A stretch of DNA of 11,962 bases from a virus: positions 1-11,962 of IMG/VR virus record IMGVR_UViG_3300045988_013335; one strand, given 5' to 3'. The notes under the pieces are model-generated. The model did no database searches. It saw nothing but the letters and a program-made list of their open reading frames with translations, and was not told where the DNA came from. Shown in pieces: positions 6,218-11,746 of the stretch (positions within the stretch are counted from its first letter, which is position 1; each line of letters opens with the position of its first letter). The position numbers were made by a program, and so were the translations under genes.

Positions 6218-6231
6218 AAGCAAGATTTATA

Positions 6232-7356
6232 TTATTTAACACTCAAAATGTTGTTTTTTGCGCTTGTCATAATATAATTGCGTACAATTTCACCTATTTC
6301 GTTGTTCTGATAGAAAACCTTATCGGTTGCGAAGAATCGGGCGACCTTGGCTTCAAGTTCCGTCGCAGTACTTATCAACTTTCTTTTGTAGTTCGGTTTT
6401 CCGTTCATCGTAAGCGAATAAATCAAACTGTTGTCGGTGTCCTTGATAGGTGTCGTTTTGGCGTGAATGTAGGTGAAGCACTCATCATCAACCTGTATGA
6501 TATTCGCCTGTAACACCGTACCGTTGAACTCTATAAAGTAAGTGAAAAGCACGTCCTTTGGCTTGTACTTCTTTGGCAGGTGCGGATAAACTGCAAGTTC
6601 CCATTTACCGCCCGTAATCATCTGCAAAGCCTCATTTCCAAAGCAGAAGTACTTGTTTGACGGCTTTTCCTTTTCCAAGGTGTCGCAATATTCCACCGCC
6701 ACCGTTGCACCGTCTTCACCGAATCGGTACAGGTCGATATTTCCCTGTGGCATATTCTGTATGTTATTCAGACCCATTTCACCAAAGTACGGACAGAACT
6801 TGTTCACCGTGTTACCAAGCATAAACACACGGACGTTGGAACGGTTTCTGATAATCGTACTAAGTACGTTCATAAATAACATAAATTCATCGGGCAAATA
6901 ATAACGCCTTGTTATGAACTCATCAAACACGACCGTGGTTATCATCGGGTAACTTGTTGACTTGTCGTGTTCCTGTTCTGACAGACAGAATCCATAACAG
7001 AACGGCTTATCATCGGGGAAGCGTTTGCCCTTGTTGCTATCGTAGTAAGACAAAAACCATTTACCCGATAAATAAAATACTTCGTTGTACTTACCGTTCG
7101 TTACCTGTGACACAAAGCCGTTGGCAACGTGACCCGCAAACAGGGATTCAGCACGTTTTCCCCTCAAGTCTTCACGCCATCGTCTGACGTATGCACTTTG
7201 TTCACCTGTTTCAACGTAGTTGATAATCATATACGCCAAACACGCATAAGTCTTACCGTTGGAACGTTCACCGAAAATGATGTTATAGTCAGCATTCTTT
7301 TCAAGAATAGCTGATAAACTGTAATACTGCGGTTTTTTACTTTTCTTTCCAAACAT
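6232..7356 (-). CDS. DNA packaging (encapsidation) ATPase, phi29 gp16-like
   Basis: 374-aa ORF. Walker A GERSNGKT lies at 7249-7272, followed by SAYVRRW (phi29 has GARGIGKSY ... FIYVRR). Walker B is TTVVFDEF. Confidence 0.85.
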   Translation of the reverse strand: MFGKKSKKPQYYSLSAILEKNADYNIIFGERSNGKTYACLAYMIINYVETGEQSAYVRRWREDLRGKRAESLFAGHVANGFVSQVTNGKYNEVFYLSGKWFLSYYDSNKGKRFPDDKPFCYGFCLSEQEHDKSTSYPMITTVVFDEFITRRYYLPDEFMLFMNVLSTIIRNRSNVRVFMLGNTVNKFCPYFGEMGLNNIQNMPQGNIDLYRFGEDGATVAVEYCDTLEKEKPSNKYFCFGNEALQMITGGKWELAVYPHLPKKYKPKDVLFTYFIEFNGTVLQANIIQVDDECFTYIHAKTTPIKDTDNSLIYSLTMNGKPNYKRKLISTATELEAKVARFFATDKVFYQNNEIGEIVRNYIMTSAKNNILSVK

Positions 7357-7360
7357 ATCT

Positions 7361-9553
7361 TTAATCTTTAAATTTGATACCCATTAAAAAGTTTAAATAC
7401 ATAACAGACAGCGAAAGTGAATAACCTGTTGCTTCAAGATGCACGCCCGAAAGTTCGTGAAATTCACCCTGTTCGCCTGTGTAGTCAGTTAACACGCCCT
7501 GTTGCTCATAGTCAATATAGGTGTGGATATTCTTGCCTGTAGCCTGTGGAGGTATCGCCAAATAGTTAGTGAATGCTTCAAAGATTCCGTCCTGTCCGTA
7601 AGTTTCAAGTAACCACGGGATAGCACTTTTCTTGTTCACACCGCTTACTGTCAAAGATACAGGATAACTTTTACCGCCAACGGTCAAAGCGTCTTCTTCT
7701 TCCATCATATAACGTTTTGCGCCAAGGGTCTTGAACCGACTGTAAACACCCTCAAAGTCCCAAACGCCCATCAACTTGTTAATGCCCTTTATGGTCTTTG
7801 GTTCAAACAGTTCAAAGTCTATCTTATGATATTTCGCAGCCTGTCTTAGCTTATATTCTACCATCGTGTTATATTCTTTGAAGTACTGTGCGTGTGCTTC
7901 ACCGTTCTGCAATTTAACGGAATCGGTGTCTGAATATATGTAATCGTCACCGCATTCGTAAATTCCTGTAAACAGGTTTCTTCTTGCATAAGCCGTTACA
8001 AACACACCCCAAGGGTAAAACAGGAATCGGTTTCGACTGCCGTTGTACTTCACCAAGGTTTCATTTATCTTGTCCGATGTAAGGTGTAAAACATCCCATT
8101 CACCGTTATAAGTAAATTCGTCACGTAGTGGATTCGTCACACACATACCGTAACAACTGTTTAACATTTCCTTGAAATTTAAATATTCCACTTCTTTTCC
8201 TTTTACGCCCTTTAACGTTGTCTTGTTGGCATACAGGTGAAGAATAGACTTTACGAACTCTGTGGGCAAATACGCCTTTTTATAGCACCACATATCGACC
8301 ACCTTTTCATCTTCCCAAGTGTAGAACATTTTAAACACGTTATAGTCAACGTTCGTGATGGTAGTCACTACCTTGTCAGCCGAAAAGACACGACCGTTAT
8401 TTTCCACTACGTTTTCTTTGTAGAAGCACTTAGAAACAGACAAGGGCGTGTCCTGTACCTGTGAACTCATTATCTTTGTAAATTCGATGTCGAAGATACA
8501 ACAGTAAGCAGACAGGAAAAATTCAAATTGCTTCTTACTTTTTACCTGTACGTGTACGCCCGAACTCATCGGGAACTGTTCTGCAACCATCACATAAGGA
8601 TAACTGCTTGTGAAATCGTAACTGCTGACGTTCGTCATAACATCGTCTGTGTGGTTCGCATTTGCGTGTGTGAAGCCACCACTAAAAGCCCTTTGCAACG
8701 TGTTGAACTCGTCAACACCGCTTATGTTTAGGTCGTGAATCGTGTTTATATAAGACCAATTTTGCACGGTCTTCCCGAACTCGTCTTCACAGTACAGACA
8801 ATGTTTGCGACAATACTTTCTCACAAAGCCTGTTTTGGTAATCGGCAAATGTGTGATTCCCTTATAACGTTCTATCATTTCCTGTATGTAGCACATCACT
8901 ACTTTTACGTCATTAAGGCAATAGCCCATTTCTTTTTCTGTTAGCGGTGTCTTACTGTGACGTAACAGGGAATAATCAAGATCGCCCACCATCTTTTCAC
9001 ATTTGTACTTCATAAGTTGACCGCCCAACTTTGCCAAGGAATAACCCGACAATAGATAGCTGCAACGAAATTCGATACCCGATTCCGTGATAGCGTAAAT
9101 CGGTTTTCTTAGGTCTATTGAAAATACTTTGTTCCACGTGAAACGTTGTCTGATAAATTGGAACTCATACGCCAAGTTATGAACGTACACTATCAAACGC
9201 CTGTTTTCTGATAGCTGCAAGTAGTCAGAAATCGTTTCCATCATTTCGGTAAACTCTTCCCAAGTACGACCGACTACACAATAACCGTTTATTCCAAATT
9301 GCCAAACATACATACAGGAACACTTTTCCAACTTCACGCCTAATTTGGTGTATTGCTCATAGGACAGATATTCGTCACCGTTCTTGTAGAATGAAGTGGT
9401 TTCTATGTCAAAGCATACAGGAATATCAAAGAACTTTTGTTTTTTGTTGTTTCCACGCAAACATGATTCATCGACCGCCAAATTAAGGACGGTTATTATT
9501 TCTTGGGGTGAATAGACTTCACCGTGCAAACAAAAATTCTTTTTCTTTTTCAT
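7361..9553 (-). CDS. Protein-primed family-B DNA polymerase
   Basis: 730-aa ORF. Motifs: ExoI FDIETT (D48, E50); ExoII HNLAYEF (N126); ExoIII YCLNDV (Y211, D215); motif A YDFTSSYP (D313); motif B KEMLNSCYG (K461); motif C YSDTDS (D542, D544; nt 7919-7936); KxY GAKRY (K613). The start overlaps the upstream stop (ATGA). Confidence 0.93.
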   Translation of the reverse strand: MKKKKNFCLHGEVYSPQEIITVLNLAVDESCLRGNNKKQKFFDIPVCFDIETTSFYKNGDEYLSYEQYTKLGVKLEKCSCMYVWQFGINGYCVVGRTWEEFTEMMETISDYLQLSENRRLIVYVHNLAYEFQFIRQRFTWNKVFSIDLRKPIYAITESGIEFRCSYLLSGYSLAKLGGQLMKYKCEKMVGDLDYSLLRHSKTPLTEKEMGYCLNDVKVVMCYIQEMIERYKGITHLPITKTGFVRKYCRKHCLYCEDEFGKTVQNWSYINTIHDLNISGVDEFNTLQRAFSGGFTHANANHTDDVMTNVSSYDFTSSYPYVMVAEQFPMSSGVHVQVKSKKQFEFFLSAYCCIFDIEFTKIMSSQVQDTPLSVSKCFYKENVVENNGRVFSADKVVTTITNVDYNVFKMFYTWEDEKVVDMWCYKKAYLPTEFVKSILHLYANKTTLKGVKGKEVEYLNFKEMLNSCYGMCVTNPLRDEFTYNGEWDVLHLTSDKINETLVKYNGSRNRFLFYPWGVFVTAYARRNLFTGIYECGDDYIYSDTDSVKLQNGEAHAQYFKEYNTMVEYKLRQAAKYHKIDFELFEPKTIKGINKLMGVWDFEGVYSRFKTLGAKRYMMEEEDALTVGGKSYPVSLTVSGVNKKSAIPWLLETYGQDGIFEAFTNYLAIPPQATGKNIHTYIDYEQQGVLTDYTGEQGEFHELSGVHLEATGYSLSLSVMYLNFLMGIKFKD

Positions 9554-10188
9554 TATAGACCAAATTTCTTTAAAGTGCCCATTATTCCGCTTTTAATACT
9601 GTTGGCATAGTCCAGCACATTTTGAGCGTCTTTTTCCAAATCCTGTTCGATAGCCTGTTCCAACCTTGCAGCGTCTGTTTCTATTTGTTCGGAAACGTCT
9701 GCTGCTTCTGTTTCAAGTTCACCTGTGAAATCCTTGTATCTCATCAAGTACTGTTCCACGAAGTTTTCATCAGACACAGACAAGAACTTTTCCTGTATCT
9801 TGTCAGCCATCAGATTAAATTCGTCTTCTGTAAGGTCGTAGGCATCCATCAAATGTTCGTTGTACTCTCGTACACCTGTGGCGGTTGATGTAGGTTGACG
9901 TAAGAACCCCACCGCTTTTGCATACTCGGCTTTTAGGTCTTCCCAATCGTGTTTCATTGAAAACTTGGTGAAACCCTTTATATCACCCTTGTTTAACGCC
10001 ATAACTGAGGGTGATACAAGCCCTTTTGATTCGATGTTCTGAATACGTCTGTTTGCCTGTTGAAAGATTCTTCTTATCTCGGCTTTGTATTCTGGCGAAC
10101 TCATCTTTGCTTCGATGATTCTTTGCTTAATTACGGCTTTGTTGAACGAGAACGTCCTATCACTAAAGCCAATAGGATTCATACCCAT
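9553..10188 (-). CDS. Candidate terminal protein (replication primer)
   Basis: 211-aa ORF immediately upstream of the polymerase and translationally coupled to it, as in phi29 gene 3 and gene 2. PEYKAEIRRIFQQANRRIQNIESKG resembles phi29 TP AEYARLVKNTKAKIARTKKKYG. GFTKFSMKHDWEDLKAEYAKAVGF resembles SFETRAQFNKWKEQASSF. It has an acidic helical C-terminal half and ends ...LKKFGL (phi29 ends ...LKGF). All comparisons are from memory. Confidence 0.55.
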   Translation of the reverse strand: MGMNPIGFSDRTFSFNKAVIKQRIIEAKMSSPEYKAEIRRIFQQANRRIQNIESKGLVSPSVMALNKGDIKGFTKFSMKHDWEDLKAEYAKAVGFLRQPTSTATGVREYNEHLMDAYDLTEDEFNLMADKIQEKFLSVSDENFVEQYLMRYKDFTGELETEAADVSEQIETDAARLEQAIEQDLEKDAQNVLDYANSIKSGIMGTLKKFGL

Positions 10189-10189
10189 A

Positions 10190-10235
10190 ACTACTTAAAA
10201 TTAAAGGGCACACCTAAAAAGAATAAGTGCGCCCT
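10190..10235 (-). terminator. Hairpin plus U-rich tract between the 116-aa gene and the terminal protein/polymerase genes (attenuator candidate)
   Basis: The minus strand reads AGGGCGCAC-ttattctttttag-GTGTGCCCT, a 9-bp stem with one G-U, followed by TTAATTTTAAG. It lies 18 nt after the stop at 10254-10256. Confidence 0.4.
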
Positions 10236-10253
10236 ATGTGTGAAACTTCAATA

Positions 10254-10604
10254 CTACTTAATATCAACGAAGTTGATACCGTAACAGGTCTTAGCGTGTG
10301 ACTCATAAGTGTAGATTGTGTAACCTACCTTACCATCCTTTATTGCCTGTACTGCTTCTGTGTTTGCGAGAATCTCACGGAATGTCTCACCCATGTGTTT
10401 TGGCATATTTACCAACTTCTTCGCCTGTACGTCAATAACTACAGGTGAATCACCCAAAGCAGAACCGTGGACGTACAGACCGTTGATAGGATGAATCTCA
10501 TCGGGTGATGAACCCTTTGCCACGTCTGCTAACTTGATGTACTCGTAATCCTTGGTATCAATACCAAAAGAAGCCTTGTTGAATGTGTTACTGAAACTAA
10601 ACAT
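10254..10604 (-). CDS. Early protein, candidate ssDNA-binding or genome-end-binding protein
   Basis: 116-aa ORF just upstream of the replication genes, where phi29 has gp5 and gp6. Its size is similar to gp5 (124 aa). Sequence resemblance is only vague, so the call is positional. Confidence 0.3.
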   Translation of the reverse strand: MFSFSNTFNKASFGIDTKDYEYIKLADVAKGSSPDEIHPINGLYVHGSALGDSPVVIDVQAKKLVNMPKHMGETFREILANTEAVQAIKDGKVGYTIYTYESHAKTCYGINFVDIK

Positions 10605-10645
10605 AATTGTAAAAATTTAAATGTTAAACTTATTATAAACTGTTA

Positions 10646-10813
10646 TTACTCACTCACATTTTCAGATTCGATTCGGTCTATCAACCATTTACGGAATCTG
10701 TTCACCTTGATAACGGCTTTGTCATCGTTGCACATTTCTTTGGTCTGTAGCAGACCATTAAGAGCGGTCAAAGCGTTAAACAGGTTTTCTTGATAATCGT
10801 TTCTTTCTTCCAT
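10646..10813 (-). CDS. Small hypothetical early protein (55 aa), absent from the supplied ORF track
   Basis: My translation is MEERNDYQENLFNALTALNGLLQTKEMCNDDKAVIKVNRFRKWLIDRIESENVSE, with a TAA stop at 10646-10648. Its ATG overlaps the TGA of the upstream ORF by 1 nt (TGATG). It fills an otherwise unexplained 200-nt gap in a densely packed genome. Confidence 0.5.
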   Translation of the reverse strand: MEERNDYQENLFNALTALNGLLQTKEMCNDDKAVIKVNRFRKWLIDRIESENVSE

Positions 10814-11010
10814 CACTTTTGAAACTTAATGTAACCACCGTGATTTACTACGGTGGTGTCCGTTGTTACTATTACTGTGCGCCCTTTTGCTTCCACGTTC
10901 TGTGAAGTGGTGCAAGAACCAAAGACGCTAATTACTACAAAGCAGATAACCGTCCAAAGGACAAATGCACAGGTGGATTCTATCACCCCAATCTTTTCTT
11001 TTCTATCCAT
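10813..11010 (-). CDS. Small predicted lipoprotein (early gene)
   Basis: 65-aa ORF with a charged N-region (MDRKEK), a hydrophobic core (CAFVLWTVICFVVISVF) and a lipobox-like F-G-S-Cys33. The mature part is a 33-aa T/V-rich peptide. Confidence 0.5.
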   Translation of the reverse strand: MDRKEKIGVIESTCAFVLWTVICFVVISVFGSCTTSQNVEAKGRTVIVTTDTTVVNHGGYIKFQK

Positions 11011-11302
11011 CGTACTTACTTTTATGTTTGATAAACTCAGACATCAGTCTGTTTTCTGATAAGAAATCAAGAACCTGTGTAAACTCATCTTGAAGTTTAT
11101 TCACCAGCAGACCATCTTTCTTATCTTGCATCAGAACATCTTGAACCACGATTCTTGCTTCTAAAACCGTATTATTTACGGCATTTAACAGGTTCTTTTG
11201 TTCTGTGTTCAAGCCCTGTGCAATAATGTCCATATCGTCACAGGCTCTGTCCAATACTTGAAGCAACATCAACAATGCTTCTTCTTTCTTCTTTGTGTCC
11301 AT
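11003..11302 (-). CDS. Hypothetical early protein (helical, 99 aa), first gene of the early operon
   Basis: ORF with coding-like composition. It overlaps the next gene by 8 nt. I recognise no motif. Confidence 0.6.
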   Translation of the reverse strand: MDTKKKEEALLMLLQVLDRACDDMDIIAQGLNTEQKNLLNAVNNTVLEARIVVQDVLMQDKKDGLLVNKLQDEFTQVLDFLSENRLMSEFIKHKSKYDG

Positions 11303-11475
11303 ACGCCTTTATTTTGTGCCTGTAGCTTTTACACTACAGGCGTTAAACTTATCCTACACGCTCACTTTTAACACGTTTACCGTTAACTGATAAAACGGTT
11401 TCACATTCTAAAGTAATTTTATATGTTGCAATAATTTCTAATTTTAATTAATAACTCATTTTCTGAATCACGGTG

Positions 11476-11507
11476 CAAAGATACGGCGATTTTTTGAACC
11501 TACCAAA
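11476..11507 (-). promoter_or_regulatory. Early promoter, Bacteroidota type (-33 TTTG / -7 TATCTTTG)
   Basis: On the minus strand, TTTG (11507-11504) is followed by a 20-nt spacer and then TATCTTTG (11483-11476). This fits the TTTG-N19-21-TAnnTTTG consensus of Bacteroides sigma-ABfr promoters. The core 12-mer is identical to the one at 6189-6200. GGCGATTTTTT copies at 11485-11495 and 11533-11543 bracket the -33 element. Confidence 0.6.
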
Positions 11508-11607
11508 TTATTTTTGTTAAAAAGTCTTAATTGGCGATTTTTTCTTTTTTTCTCTGTTTTTTGCGCTTTTCGGCTTCACCTTATAGAATAAGCCCTGTGC
11601 CCTTATT

Positions 11608-11645
11608 AGACCCTGTGAGGTGTTATTGCCCACGGGGTCTTTTTT
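11608..11645 (+). terminator. Mirror copy of the ITR terminator, facing outward on the plus strand
   Basis: Same hairpin and T6 tail, read on the plus strand in the right ITR. It would stop any transcript heading toward the right terminus. Whether it is used is unknown. Confidence 0.45.
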
Positions 11646-11655
11646 AACGCCCTGT

Positions 11656-11746
11656 AGGTGGCTCATTTGGCTTCTGTGGCTATGGTGGCGTATTTAGCAT
11701 AGCTAAATATGTGGCGGTCTGTGGCGGTGGTGGCTCATCGTGGCTT
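11656..11746. repeat. Phased GTGGC iteron-like array with central palindrome (right ITR copy)
   Basis: Mirror image of 217-307 inside the right ITR. Confidence 0.8.

Noticed and set aside
11318-11341. Hairpin GCCTGTAG-8nt-CTACAGGC as a transcription terminator
   Set aside because: No U-tract follows it on either strand, and it lies 15 nt upstream of the first early ATG. It is more likely a 5'-leader structure, so it is discussed under the leader finding rather than called a terminator.
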